A stretch of 50,282 bases of DNA from Schmidtea nova (taxonomy: Eukaryota), in assembly GCA_044892505.1 (NCBI GenBank), contig CM097883.1, positions 205,034,001-205,084,282 on the forward strand. The letters are read 5' to 3'. Made by a program: the position numbers and the translations under genes. Of this stretch, positions 1-13,165 are shown piece by piece (within the stretch, counting starts at the first letter, position 1; each line of letters begins with the position of its first letter). Under the pieces are notes generated by a model that saw only the letters and a list, made by a program, of their open reading frames with translations, was not told where the DNA came from and did not search any database.

Positions 1-332
1 AAATAAAATTTGTTTTAATTCAAAATTGGTACAAAGATTACATAGAAAGAGGAGAATATAAGTTAACGAAATATCCTCATCATATTCCTTATTTTCAGGA
101 GTTCTTTGATTCCATTGGAAAAAGGTTTTGATTTATAAACTAAGACATTTTCAAATTTACTGCCGTGTGATGCACCTTTACGCCGTAGCTTGCCAATTTG
201 GCAAACCTTGAGTCGAATATATGTATGACATATACATTTTATGATGTAAACTTTATGATAAAGGTCTTGGAAACCATAAAATGTAATGCATGTAAATTTT
301 TAATACTATGATTATACTTCTTCTAATTATAC

Positions 333-578
333 CGTGCGAATGTGAATGTGAGATTTGTTCTTTTTTTCTATATAGTCTTTCAATGTGACGTTTACTGCTA
401 CTATGCGGATGCTATAAATGGTTATTTCTGACCAAATTCAGAAATTTTATTTCCAATTTTTCACTGACTCCAATTATAGAAATCATTGTCTATTTAACGT
501 TCAAAATTTAATGATCCAAAATCCCTTGAAAGTTCCATTAAATGCTTGACATTTGCTTTCAACTATTTTGTTCAGATC
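333..578 (-). pseudogene. Possible decayed fibronectin type III (FN3) domain coding segment
   Basis: Minus-strand translation gives KCQAFNGTFKGFWI and, about 28 codons later, LEIKFLNLVRN / TIYSIRIVAVN across frameshifts and a stop. Motif order and spacing fit FN3 (NG..GY.I ... NL...T.Y.I.V.AVN). Confidence 0.35.
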
Positions 579-1799
579 TCAAAATCTATTTACAATCTTT
601 TAGTATCAAAGCATCATAAAAGCTTTTCGGTAAATTTTGTGATGCAAATGTTCAAAGAAAGTGTATAAAACTTTATATTTATTTATATTTATTTACTAAT
701 AAATTTGTTGCTAAATTGTTATAATTAACAAATAAAATACTTCTTGTTTTATTAAATTCAAATGTTTAGATAAGGTTTGAAAGATCTCGAGAGTATTCCT
801 TTTTAACTGAAATACTGAAAACATTTTATGTTCTTTTTTAATGTTATATCAGTGGTAAACTTTAGTCTGGGATACCCAGCTAAGTTTAGCGTTAAACAAT
901 ATTTCTACAAAGTATTCTGAAGGTTTCCAAATTAAGGGCTTCAAATTTTATAGGACAATTTTAAAGATAATTTCTCTCTATTTCTATTGGTGAATTGGGT
1001 GAGACGAGAACTAAAATACAAGAATGTCTAATGTATAGTGTCTGAATTTAATAAAGTTTTAATTTGATCCTTTTTTATTTCTTTATTAGAAAACCCTTTT
1101 TTNNNNNNNNNNNNNNNNNNNNNNNNNNNNNNNNNNNNNNNNNNNNNNNNNNNNNNNNNNNNNNNNNNNNNNNNNNNNNNNNNNNNNNNNNNNNNNNNNN
1201 NNNNNNNNNNNNNNNNNNNNNNNNNNNNNNNNNNNNNNNNNNNNNNNNNNNNNNNNNNNNNNNNNNNNNNNNNNNNNNNNNNNNNNNNNNNNNNNNNNNN
1301 NNNNNNNNNNNNNNNNNNNNNNNNNNNNNNNNNNNNNNNNNNNNNNNNNNNNNNNNNNNNNNNNTTTTTTATTTGCGTATAATATCTTTAGTTTATAACA
1401 TTATATTTTTACGATTCTCCCTTTTAATGTCTAACCTATTAAATAAATAGATATTTTGCTCAATAGTTTGTTTTAATGCTGAATTTGAAGGAGACGTTTA
1501 CCTATTATATTAGCATCACATCTTTACTGGTGATCCAGAGTTTATGAATATGCGTTCTTTCTGGTAAAAAAAATTGCATAAAAATCAAATTCTAATAAAT
1601 AAAACATTTATCAAAATTACTAATCTTTTAAAATTTTTTATTTTTATTTAAAATTTTAAAAATTTCTCAATATTATGTAAACAGGATAATGTTATTAATT
1701 TGTATTATTTTACAAGGACATCAACCAATCTTTCTGTAATAATTTGAATTATTGTTTATCTGTCTATTAGAAGAACTGAAGCACGATGCTTCACACAAA

Positions 1800-2081
1800 C
1801 TGCCTCCGTTCCAAATAAATTGTTCGATTAAGCAAATAAAATTGTTCATAAAAATTGTCCGATTTGANNNNNNNNNNNNNNNNNNNNNNNNNNNNNNNNN
1901 NNNNNNNNNNNNNNNNNNNNNNNNNNNNNNNNNNNNNNNNNNNNNNNNNNNNNNNNNNNNNNNNNNNNNNNNNNNNNNNNNNNNNNNNNNNNNNNNNNAT
2001 TTGCTTAAACAGCTTAAGTGGGTCTATTGTCAAGCTAATACTTTTTTACTAAATCTGTCAGTATTTTTAGAACGGAGGGAG
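1800..2081. mobile_element. Stowaway-like (Tc1/mariner) MITE
   Basis: Left end CTGCCTCCGTTCCAAATAAAT and right end TAGAACGGAGGGAG followed by TA match the CTCCCTCCGTT-type TIR. The left TA is not intact and the interior contains an N gap. Confidence 0.65.
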
Positions 2082-2544
2082 TATTTTTTTAATTTTATAT
2101 TGTTTTGGCATTTACTTTTATATAATATTTGCCTTGTAAAAAAATATTCTGAAAAATTTCTTTAGAAAAATACAGTTTAAATATTTTCTTAACTTTTTTC
2201 TTTCTCCCTATAAATGATTATAAGCTAATAAATGAAACAGTAAAAATTTAAATCTATAAAAAAAGAATTTTCAATTACATTTAATGGTTTGTTACAATTT
2301 TAATTTTAATTCGGTACTTTATTATATTTCACAATTCAAACAAGACGGTTCGACAATTTCTTAATGCAGTAGACTATAACAAATGCTTTTTAATAATTCT
2401 TTATTTTTGTAAATTTACAATCCATTTCAATGGTGATTGGCACAGTTTGATATTGCTAACTTTCAGATTGTAGAGCCGAGATTATTCTTTTTATTATTGC
2501 ATACCAATTTCCGACAGATATTTTTAATTGTGTATTTTTTATCA

Positions 2545-4250
2545 TGGCAGTGGAGTCAGAGTTCAGAAAAAACTCTCGTCTGTGGAGTCGTAATCAAAGC
2601 CGGAGTTGGAAAATATACAAGAACTTCAAATTCAGATTTCATTTAGTACAATTGCAGCTCTACACCAACCCGACAAAAATAGTAGATAATTTTTACTTTT
2701 TTCAACATTTAAATTTTCATACTTTAATCTTAAGATCTTTATCTTTATTCATCATATAAGTAAATAACTTCAGAATGTGGTTCACGAAGTTTTAGAAGAT
2801 TCTTAAATTAAGAAGAAACGAATTTTGTGTACAGTAACCAGAGTGCTTCGAATATATGAAAAATAACGGGAAATGAATAAAAATAGTGAAAAGTCTGTTA
2901 TCGTTCTGCACTATAAATAAATACAAAATACAAGTTCAATCTTTATTTCAATCAAATTTCTAAAATCTGCTTTTTCTCAATTATTAAAACAAATGTCAGT
3001 GGCGATTACCTAAATAAATAAAAAATAATGATTTCAAAATTTTTCACGTTTATTTGTTTGTTGTTTATTTTAAGAATATTTATATATTATTACTAATTAA
3101 TGTTATAATTATTTAATTAATTCCATATGGACACATTATGAGACATTGATACGGACACACGGAGAGATCCAACAATAGAAGACGAAGAATATTTGGGTGA
3201 TATTGTGGGGGAAATAGTCCAATATATTTCAGATCCTACATATGTATTGCGCTGTGTACATTTTGCAATTAGCTATAAGAGATCGGCTATAAGATCAGCG
3301 CGTAGCTACGCTATTGAAAGAAATTCAGACAAGTAGCTACCACAGCTTAATTTCTTTAAATAAATTGTATCCGAAAAGGCGTGTTAGAAAAAGAAATGCT
3401 ATATGTCAAGCTTTGACTTGCTAAAGTACTTCTTTAATGATTTGCTTGAATTGAAGAACTTTTTAAAAGATCTCAATAATTAAAGTGGTTCATTAACTAA
3501 AACCCAATTGAAATCAATGAGAAATTATAAAAGGTTATTTTATATCCTTATGCTGTCACCATAATGTTACAAGCTGAAGATTTGACACATGAAACCTTTT
3601 CTTACAGTGGAATACTTTGATGTATCAGCTCGACAAAACTGGAGGAGTCGTAGCTGATGCGACTAAATCTTCAACGTGAAATGGAGAGAATCATTTATTG
3701 AACAATACAATTTTGTTAACGGTCATTTACGTTGATCCGATGAACTGTATTTTACTAAATAACGATCAAACTTTACCTTTACAGAAAAGAAAGCTTCGTG
3801 AAATAGCAATTTGCTTGAAAATTTACGAGAACCTGCTTTTTTGAATCACAAGATAGAAATATTGAATGTTATGGAGGCAGCTTGGAATTGTCTTAAAAGA
3901 ATAAAGAGTTAAAATTTTAAATATATTTGGCTATATTCGAGCTTTCAAAGATGAAAAGAAGACATTGTAATGAAGAAACAGAATCAGAGAATATTCAAAA
4001 TAAATTATTTGAGCAGTTTAAAAACGGATTAAATTAAAATAACAAATATCACCGCTTATCGAAACTGAATGTGGAAGATGCCGTGGATATTTATCCACAA
4101 ATCTTTCATCGATGCGGCCAGATCTGCGTGGACTTAGGCCCCAGCACAAATTATTACGTTTATTTTCAGCCTTGAAGATAATAAAAACGGATTTAAGGGC
4201 ATCTATAAAAAGAGGATTTAATCGTAACCATTCATTTTCTTAGAACAATT
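2545..4250 (+). pseudogene. Degenerate hAT transposase
   Basis: Frameshifted motifs in order: BED-finger-like CGVVIKAGVGKYTRTSN..RFH, RCVH.LQLAIRD, LLELKNFLKDL, VTIMLQAEDLT, NNTILLTVIYVDP, and C-terminal LFSALKIIKTDLRASIKEDL. Confidence 0.8.
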
Positions 4251-4749
4251 TGGTAATATGCCGAATTTGAAATTTAATTCATCTTTTTTTATTAATAATA
4301 ATTTATTAATAATGTTTTTACTTGTTGTGCAAATTTAATTTCAATTAAATGTTTTCTAACATTAAATAAAATATTTTAATTTAAAAATCACCATATAACA
4401 AATTTTTGTATAATTTTTACAAATTGCCGATTCTTTTATTTGTTTTTTTTTATATTATTAAAATTTATTTTTCTAAAATCAAAGCTGTTAGAATGAAAAA
4501 TAATTTATTTTAATAAATTTCTACTTTTCTCTGTAGTACTTCTATATATACAAAATATGTACAAAATATATTTTGATACATTTGAATGTATATTTTGACT
4601 CAAAATTTAAATTATTTCAGTGATTCTTTTATTCCAAGTTGGAGACCGGAGTCACTTTTATTAGTATTATGTTCTGTAAATAACTCAATTTTATTTATTT
4701 TCTTACTATTGAGTTTAGTCGTTTTTCCCCACTCTTTTTTCTTTTTAAA

Positions 4750-4988
4750 CCTTCCTAAGGCCAGGTGAGGTAATTGTGTACCCAAGCATCATATTTATTT
4801 GAAAATGTCTGCTAAATCTATAACCTATCGCATTGGCACTTTAGTGATTCCAAGTGTGATCATTTAATGTCACTTTGCATCAATTTTATCACAGAAAAAG
4901 AATCTTGTTCTCATTTGTTGTAAAGAATCTGCTTGGGTTACAAATTTACCCCAGTTGGTTAAAGAAATTCAATCTGGCCTTAGGAAAG
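4750..4988. mobile_element. piggyBac-like MITE (239 bp)
   Basis: 15-bp TIRs CCTTCCTAAGGCCAG and CTGGCCTTAGGAAAG (1 mismatch). TTAA follows the right end; TTAAA precedes the left end. Confidence 0.5.
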
Positions 4989-5615
4989 TTAAATACTTTT
5001 ATTTTTGAAGGGGAAAAGTAAAAGAAAAATCATGATTCAATAAAATACTTTATTAAGGCTGCATCACCTTCCCAAAAACATTAATTCTCCTTGGTTTCCC
5101 AGAATTTCTTTACATTTGGTTTTGCTTTTAACAATTAGAAATAGTTCTTTTTATGAAATGATGGTCTATGGTTTTCTGAAATCTATTAAAGTTCTTGTAT
5201 AAATTTATGTCATCGACTATCACCTTTGACACTAGAATTGTTTTCAAAATAAATGTTTTAAAATATGACAGAGATTTTGTTATGCTAAATTTTGCTGCTT
5301 AGAGATTTTAAATGGACAGACTTATTTGTTACCAAATTCTAGACGCAGTTCCTAATATAATTGTATTTTAATATAATTATTAATATTACTGTTATTGTAA
5401 GAAATAAAGGTACTTTATTCTCTTTTTCTGAAATTTTATTTAATAAAAATTGATCTATCTCGGAATTAGGCTTTTAAAAAATTATACAACCACCTGAAAG
5501 AGTTTCAATTAAAAAGTGTTGATTTTTTTATAATCTTTTAATTCCCACTCAGGAAGGTGAAACATTAAGTATACGATTTCAATTTCGATGAATTGTATAA
5601 ATTATAAAAATTATT

Positions 5616-5803
5616 ACTCTCAAAATTGTTTTAAATTATTTTAAAATTTTTTAAATTAAATTTTAATCAATGTTGATTTTAAAGTTACGCGAGTTCACTT
5701 CTTTGATATAACTCTCAAAATTGTTTTAAATTATTTTAAAATTTTTAAAATTAAATTTTAATCAATGTTGATTTTAAAGTTATGCGGGTTCACTTCTTTG
5801 ATA
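5616..5803. repeat. Direct tandem duplication, about 95-bp unit x2
   Basis: actctcaaaattgttttaaa...cacttctttgata starts at 5616 and again at 5711 with few differences. Confidence 0.9.
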
Positions 5804-6615
5804 GTTGTATGATTCTCAAATCGGGTCATTGAAGCCCACACTGCTCGGCTTCCAATTGGCTCGGATTTCTCATTAGTGAATTAATTAACTTTAATTAATT
5901 AATATTTTTTATTTCTTTCCCCAGTGAACCCTCACTAAATTTTTAGTATTATATTTAGGTTCCTCTCTTGATTATGTGTTCACCCATGACCGTTTCCCTT
6001 TGGAAAATATTAATTTTTATTTTTATAATATTTTAATTAATTTTAGTACTTTAAATATTCTGATGTTTTCTAACGATGTTTTCCTCGTTTTTATTTTTAT
6101 CCTTTTATGTCAACCCCAAAATATAAAATGGTCTATAATGATATTAAACTTTTAAAATTAAGTTAAATTAAGCAATTTGACACTTTCAATTAAAAATTGT
6201 TATAAAATTATTTTAATCTTGAAATTTCCAAATGGGAATTTGATATAACAATTTTACAATTTTTTTCCCAATTTAGATGAAAGCGCCCAATTTTTGAAAC
6301 CCAGTTTCTAGTAAATAACATCAAGTTAAATTTTATTTATAAATTTGCAAATATTTATAAAGTATTATTGTAAAAAAATATGATTTAAGTGATTTTTTAG
6401 AAAAAGATTTTTAATGTTTCACTCATTCTTTTAAATAATTTATAAGCAATTATATTTATTTAATTTTTTTGATACAATAATTTGACGAAAATTGAAATAT
6501 TTTAATTAAATGATAATAAATCTTGCTTTATAACCAAAAAATTAAAATTAAAAAATGAATTAAAGTAAATTAAAATAAATTAAAATAAATTAAAATTCAG
6601 ATTAAAAGAAGAGTT

Positions 6616-6811
6616 TTTTATAAACAATAACACAATATTTCGGCACAGCCTTTATCAAGTGTGTATATACATACTTGATAAAGGCTGTGCCGAAATATTG
6701 TGTTATTGTTTATAAAAAAAAAATTTTGATCTATAGTCATTATGAGAATTATTGATAATAATAATAAAAAAAGATCAAAGGTGAAAAAAGATAATTATGA
6801 TAAAAGAAGAG
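6616..6811. mobile_element. PLE family A mini-palindrome: two head-to-head pLTR fragments, each with a hammerhead motif
   Basis: Inverted arms centred near 6667. Minus motif about 6630-6664, plus motif about 6671-6703, followed by the family A pLTR tail (gatctatagtcattatgagaatt...gatcaaaggtgaaaaaagataattatgata). Confidence 0.85.
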
Positions 6812-7189
6812 TATTTGAATTTTAAAGAATTTTAAATTTTCAATCTAAACAATTTAACAAAAAATATATGAAAATCCATTGTTTTTCTTTTTAATTTTGA
6901 CGTTTTATTTTCAATTTCGTTTATTTTTATTTTTAAATTTTATACACTTGAAAAAAGTAATTGCTGAAAATTTGTGTTAAATTGAAAGTTGTATTTGTAA
7001 AATATGTAAATAAAAATATAATTTTTAATTCGGCTGATTGTAAATGACAGATAAGGACCAGTCAAAGCAATTTAAAGATTCTGTCGATGACGATTTTGTA
7101 TTAAATTTTCACTTTGCTAAAACTGAAACAAATTGCAAGTCGGATGCTAAATTTGAGTTTAAAGTTAAAGTTAAATAGAGGTAAGTTAC

Positions 7190-7278
7190 ACTGTCAAACT
7201 CCAATTTTCTAATCATGGATTGAGAATAATTGGTGGGTCTAAATTGCTCTTGACTATATAGTGAAAGTGATTCTAAAG
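7190..7278 (-). CDS. Candidate internal host exon of unknown product (LESLSLYSQEQFRPTNYSQSMIRKLEFDS)
   Basis: AG acceptor after a T-rich tract, GTAACT donor, 89 nt open. No recognisable domain, so it may be chance. Confidence 0.25.
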
Positions 7279-7799
7279 CTGTATTTACCAAAAAAGTCAA
7301 AAAGTTTATTATTAGTTATATGGCATTATGTCTACTTTTATATTAATTAAATGAGCACTTTCACACACTTTATTTTAAAAATAAATAATGTAATAAAATA
7401 ATATTTGAAAAAGTCAAAGATAAGTTATTAGTAGTTGATAAGTATTCTTTTTTGGAAAATAATTTCACACGAATTTCAAACAATTTGCGATTAGTAGCTA
7501 AGAAAGTCAAGCGACCTGAGTTTCAACAAGAAAATCTTTGGAAAATTTTCATGAAAACATTAAAAATATTTGTCATTTATCCAATTATTTTATTTTCAAT
7601 GACACAATATGATTAATAAATGTAATTGATTACACTGTTGATATTTAGAAGAAATTTCTTTGGGTTTGTGAAAATTGTGTAGAAGGGTCAAATGACTTAT
7701 AAAATATAATACTAAGTCATATTTTCTATTAATTTCAATTAAAATACAAAAGGATGTAAAATACGTTAATTAAGACAAAACATTCACTAGTACATAAAA

Positions 7800-8362
7800 T
7801 ATAATTAATTATATGTTAAAAATTAAATATTTACTTTAATATACAATATATTATGAAAATTANNNNNNNNNNNNNNNNNNNNNNNNNNNNNNNNNNNNNN
7901 NNNNNNNNNNNNNNNNNNNNNNNNNNNNNNNNNNNNNNNNNNNNNNNNNNNNNNNNNNNNNNNNNNNNNNNNNNNNNNNNNNNNNNNNNNNNNNNNNNNN
8001 NNNNNNNNNNNNNNNNNNNNNNNNNNNNNNNNNNNNNNNNNNNNNNNNNNNNNNNNNNNNNNNNATGTTAAAATTTAAATATTTTCTTTAATATAAAATA
8101 CATTATGAAAATTATTTACTTATTTTCCGCCAGTATTATTATTATTATTATTATATTAATTAATTATATATGTTAAAATTTAAATATTTTCTTTAATATA
8201 AAATACATTATGAAAATTATTTACTTATTTTCCGCCAGTATTATTATATTAATTAATTATATATGTTAAAATTTAAATATTTTCTTAAATATGCAATATA
8301 TTATGAAAATTATTTTCTTATTTTCAGCCAGTATTATTATTATTATCTATTTATAATTATTA
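7800..8362. repeat. AT-rich minisatellite, about 92-104 bp unit, at least 4 copies, interrupted by a gap
   Basis: atatgttaaaatttaaatattttctttaatataaaatacattatgaaaattatttacttattttccgccagtattatt recurs near 7810, 8065, 8169 and 8261. Confidence 0.85.
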
Positions 8363-8865
8363 TTAATCTCAAATTATTGAGCGGTATTGAAGTAAAGATT
8401 AAATGAGAAAAAAGCAATGAACGGTGTATGAAAATAATACTTAGAAGACTAACTTAACCAGTTTATATGGAAAGGAAATGTCACCGGCAATGTTTTTGAA
8501 GTTATTTTGTGTGATTTAAGAAGATTTCATATTTATGGCAAATACTACGAATAAAATCATCTTTATTGAATTTCTTTTAACTAATTCTGTTTATATGGTT
8601 GTATCTAAGAAGTTTAGACAAGTGAGGCACTGTGCCTCGATAGAAATGAACTAAACAGTATGAATTACGCAATAATGTTTTCAGTAACCCCTGAGACGGC
8701 GTTTATAAAAAGTTACATAATAAAGTAAAATATTTTGCGAAGTACTTAAAATTTTGTTGAAATTTATTACAAAAACAATTTTCAATTACATAATGACATA
8801 TATTTTTACGCAAAGACGAATTTTATTTTGTCCTGACCTGTTTCATTACTCTAAATTAAAATTTA

Positions 8866-10202
8866 TTACAAAATCGAAATGAGATTTTGAGTGGAGCAAA
8901 ACTAAATGAAAATTTAAGCCGAATGCGAAAACGAGTTAGAAAGGATGCTCAGGTTGAATCTGCTTTAAAACTTTGGCTTACTCATGTTTGAGAAAACGAT
9001 GCACCTGTTGAAGGACCTCTGATGAGACAAGCTGAAGAGCTTGCGACTAGAATGGGAAAAGATGATTTTGTTGCTACAGATGAGTGGTTTAATCGGTAAA
9101 AAGGGAAAACATTGTTTACAAACGAGCTCATGGTGAGCAAAAAGATTCTGATTTTTCAGCAGCTGAAGCATGGCTCATTGAAAAGTGGTCAAAGATTATT
9201 GCAGAATATTCACCGGAAAATGTTTACAATGCAGATGAAACTTGCCTGTACTATCGTGCCTTGCCTGAGCACACTTTTATGCTCAAAAATGAGAGTTCCA
9301 AAGGCTGCAAAACTTCAAAAGAACCTTTGACAGTACTTTGCTGTGCAAGCATGCCATGCAGCAAAGAGAAACTGTTGGTTATTGGAAAATCTGAAAACAT
9401 AAGATGTTTTAAAGATGTAAAACAACTTTCAGTTGATTACTATGCTAACAAAAAAGCTTGGATAGCACTCTGATCTTTAATGAAGGGCTTCTGAAATGGG
9501 ATAACAAACTGAACCACAAAATTGTTTTGTTCTTTGACAACTGTACCGCACATATTGTTAAAGTCAATTTAAAACAGATCAAGGTGATCTTCTTACCAGC
9601 AAATACGACAGCTTTGATTTAGCCCTGTGATAAAGGAATCATTCGAACACTGAAGGCATATTATCGAATGGAAATGCGATCATGAGTCTTTGAAAATATG
9701 GAGGATAGTCAAAAACTGACTGCAAATGAGTTAGCCAAAAAAACAAACATTCTTGATGCTCTTCATCTTTTAGCAATGTCGTGGAAAAGTGTCTCTGAAA
9801 AGGCAATCAAAAATTGCTTCAGTCATGGCGGGTTCACAACAGAAGACTTGGAATCAGAGAAAATTGTTGAAAATCTAACTGATCTGCTTGATGAAGCTTT
9901 TGAGGAATGGATGTTAATTGATCAAAACATACCAATTGCAAAAAAACTGACAAATTCAGAAATCTGTGACACAGTAACTCAGACTAGCTTAGCATCAATT
10001 GAGGACGAAGAAGAAGATGAAGATGAAAGCCAAACAAATAACAAACCGCCGACTGCTTGTAAAATCAGAAATGCTCTTCAAATTTTAAGACTGGGTGTAC
10101 AGCACAGATCTTCAGAATTTCACAAACAGTATGAATAAGAGTCTTATTAACAGTTTACTGAGAAAAAATACCAGGCAATCGTCTTTACATGATTTTTTCT
10201 AA
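8866..10202 (+). pseudogene. Tigger/pogo (TIGD-like) transposase with stops and frameshifts
   Basis: CENP-B-type HTH (VESALKLWL...GPLMRQAEELA...WFNR), then VYNADET, LTVLCCASM, KLLVIGKS, NKKAW, FFDNCTAH, FLPANTT, DKGIIRTLKAYYR, WKSVSEKAIKNCFSHGGF and an acidic tail. Confidence 0.93.
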
Positions 10203-11269
10203 GCTTTTTATGCATGTTGAGATTTCTGAATGAAATGTATTAATAAATGTTTAATTAAAAATAAAATAAAAATGTTTATTAAGGAAGAATTCATTTTAAT
10301 ATAATAATCCTGCAAATACTCCTCCGGCCGTTTTCTAACATTTATGTATAGTATGAGGCTAGACTTGGGTTCCGCGCTGAAAGCATTTTACACAATTACT
10401 TTACTAAGTGTGCTTACTTGTCCCTATTCTATGTTGTATATTTTACACGACCTAAATGTTATACGATCACCCCTCTGAAAACTGCTTTTTATCAAATACA
10501 CAAACTAATACAATTCTAAAGAAATTACATGTACAAAAATAATTCACAAAAATAATTCCATTTACTTAATGCTAGATATAATTAGTAAATTATTTGTATT
10601 TGCATAATAATATGATGATGATTTTATCAATTATATCATTAGGTGTACTGATATGAATTAATTGTATATAAATCCTTTTAATTATTTCTTTTTCTTCCAT
10701 TTTATGGATAAAATACTGCAAAATGCGACACAAATAAAGAATTTCTTTAATTTAATAAAAGAGTTTTATTATAAGAAATCGAACTAAATATTAAGTTTAT
10801 TTCCAATATCATTTTATTGTAATATTAAAGTAAAAAATAATATTTTATGAGTTTATGTTTTGATTGAATAAATAATTTAAACTTTTAAATTATTAAATAA
10901 TAATTATTTAATTATTAAATCAACTAATATAAAAAATAAAATTTTTTAATTTCTTTTCAGGCTCTAAAACATTGTTTCTATTTATTTATTACAAATTTTA
11001 GCAAAGAACTTTAGAAATGGTTTTAACCATATTTAATATATTTAGTCAAATAAAAATATTATGTTTTTATCGATAAAGTTTTTAATATGATGATTATTTT
11101 ATTTTTAGAAATAAGCAAGAAATAGTCTATAATTTGATGAAAATGGGATGAAGGATAATATTGGACAAAATGCAATTTAAGAAAATATCATATTTAATTG
11201 TAAATAATCAAAAAAACGTGGCAATTATTTAATAATAGAAAAACGCCAACTAAGTAAATTCAAGATAAA

Positions 11270-11309
11270 CGCGATATATTTCGATTGTATAACAATCCTC
11301 TTCAGGCAG
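11270..11309 (-). ncRNA. Minimal type I hammerhead ribozyme motif, PLE family B
   Basis: Minus strand reads cUGC-CUGAAGA-G-GAUUGU uau ACAAUC-GAA-AUAUAU-C/GCG: canonical core, 6-bp stem II, palindromic AUAUAU stem III, AUC triplet, 3-bp stem I. Predicted cut between 11273 and 11272. Confidence 0.8.
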
Positions 11310-11484
11310 CAATCAAGATAATCAATAATAATAAATAGAAAATATACAATATCTAAACAAATTAATCAATAATAATCATCCTCAAACTGTATCAAAATTT
11401 TTAATTTTAAAATAAAATTTAATTTAATTAATTAATTAATAAATAACAAAATAAGTCTTTGCTGCAAAAATAATTTTATTAAGT

Positions 11485-11523
11485 GAGAAAATTTTCGATT
11501 ATCAAATAATCCTCGTCAATCTC
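11485..11523 (-). ncRNA. Hammerhead-like motif, PLE family C (U3/G8 variant)
   Basis: GAGA-UUGACGA-G-GAUUAU uug AUAAUC-GAA-AAUU-U/UCUC: 4-bp stem I, 6-bp stem II, palindromic AAUU stem III, U in place of C3. Confidence 0.65.
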
Positions 11524-11968
11524 TAATTTGGCAAATAACTGGTATCTTCATTCATTCTGTTGTTTCTTTTTTCGTGATTTCTCTTCCTTTTCATTGGATG
11601 TTAATCTAATTAATAAATTTTTTAAATTCTTAATTGTTTTTTTTAAATGTTTATTTTGTTAAAAATTTAAAAATACAAAATAAAAACTCCAAAATTTTTA
11701 AAAATCTTTCTAAATTTCTTTTCGAATAAATAGATTTATCCTTTTTTTAAATTTAAAATTTTTTAAAATTTTTTATTGCCTGCATTCTACATTTTTAATT
11801 TTTTAACCCTTAATATTTTATTTTATTTTTTTTATAATTTTACAATTTAATTATATTATATCTCTTTGAGATGCCCATAAATTCTCTGTACTATCACTTT
11901 TCTTTCTCCATTTTTTATATCTTCCTTTTACTTTTATACTTTCTTATTTGTAGAACCACATGTTTTTT

Positions 11969-12673
11969 TTAACAAGATAGTAAGTGGGCGATTTCGCTAA
12001 TTTCCTCTTTAGAGTTAATTTTTGGGTGTTTGTCTCTAATGAGAATAGCTTCTTTAAGTCTGAGATTTTTTTCGTCGTTTTTGTTTGTCAATATTCTCAC
12101 TGATATTAATTCTTCCTTATTTTCTGTCTGACATTGGTGGAGATGTCTATATACAGATGACTTTCCACCAGGATCAAGATGTTCTTTAATTCTCTGATGC
12201 AAAGTCCGAAGGGTGCTTCCGATGTAAATTTCTTTGCATTTATTAATCATGATGTTATAGACAATGTTCTTACGAAAGCATAATTTCTTTGGTGTTTGGC
12301 AATTTTCCATCTTACATGTATTTTCCTTTCTCGTGTTGTTAGCTAGAGCTTGCCTTCATGTCTTAGATCTATGTGCCAAACGAATCGGAAGGCCAGTGAG
12401 GTTAAGTTCTTTGATGATCATGAAATTTATTCGGTCACTGATGAAAGGAATTCGAAGATAGAAATATTTCTTTTCCTTTTGTAGGTCTTTCTACCTTCTC
12501 TGGTTGAATTATACTTTGTTGATCTCGTTAATATTATGGTATCCAATACGATGCAGGACTTCTGTAAATATTCTTTGTTGTACTGAATTGTCCTCTTCCT
12601 TTGTGCATCGATTAGCTATCCTTTGTCTCTCATTTCTAATGACGTTTACCTTCTGCAGATGAGGAAGTGCTGA
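11969..12673 (-). pseudogene. PLE RT C-terminus, Cys-rich linker and GIY-YIG endonuclease (family C)
   Basis: SALPHLQKVNVIRNERQRIANRC...YLRIPFIS...TCKMENCQTPKKLCFRKNIVY...IYIGSTLRTLHQRIKEH...RLKEAILIRDKHPKIN. The GIY-YIG part (11969-12310) is open; the upstream part has stops. Confidence 0.9.
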
Positions 12674-13165
12674 TCTTCCTCAGCACTTCCTCATCTGCAG
12701 AAGGTAAACGTCATTAGAAATGAGAGACAATGGATAGCTACAAATAAGAAAGTATAAAAGTAAAAGGAAGATATAAAAAATGGAGAAAGAAAAGTGATAG
12801 TACAGAGAATTTATGGGCATCTCAAAGAGATATAATATAATTAAATTGTAAAATTATAAAAAAAATAAAATCAAATATTAAGGGTTAAAAAATTAAAAAT
12901 GTAGAATGCAGGCAATAAAAAATTTTAAAAAATTTTTAATTTAAAAAAAGGATAAATCTATTTATTCGAAAAGAAATTTAGAAAGATTTTTAAAAATTTT
13001 GGAGTTTTTATTTTGTATTTTTAAATTTTTAACAAAATAAACATTTAAAGAACAATTAAGAATTTAAAAAATTTATTAATTAGATTAACATCCAATGAAA
13101 AGGAAGAGAAATCACGAAAAAAGAAACAACAGAATGAATGAAGATACCAGTTATTTGCCAAATTA

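Noticed and set aside
1064-1450. ORF-track entries that span N runs (also 24.2-24.9, 28.8, 29.9, 31.3-31.9, 39.7 and 49.0 kb) and poly-IY ORFs
   Set aside because: These are artefacts of gaps and (TA)n or (TAA)n microsatellites.
1770-1830. WNGGSLCEASC on the minus strand as an EGF-like exon
   Set aside because: It straddles the Stowaway-like TIR, which supplies the WNGG codons.
6616-6720. Palindromes as whole-genome-amplification chimeras
   Set aside because: Arms differ by substitutions and indels, and the structures are confined to pLTR sequence. An artefact is unlikely but only long reads can exclude it.
9010-9050. CTGATGA motifs at about 9019, 12438, 33551 and 38340 as more hammerheads
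   Set aside because: No properly spaced stem II plus GAAA; all lie in transposon coding sequence.
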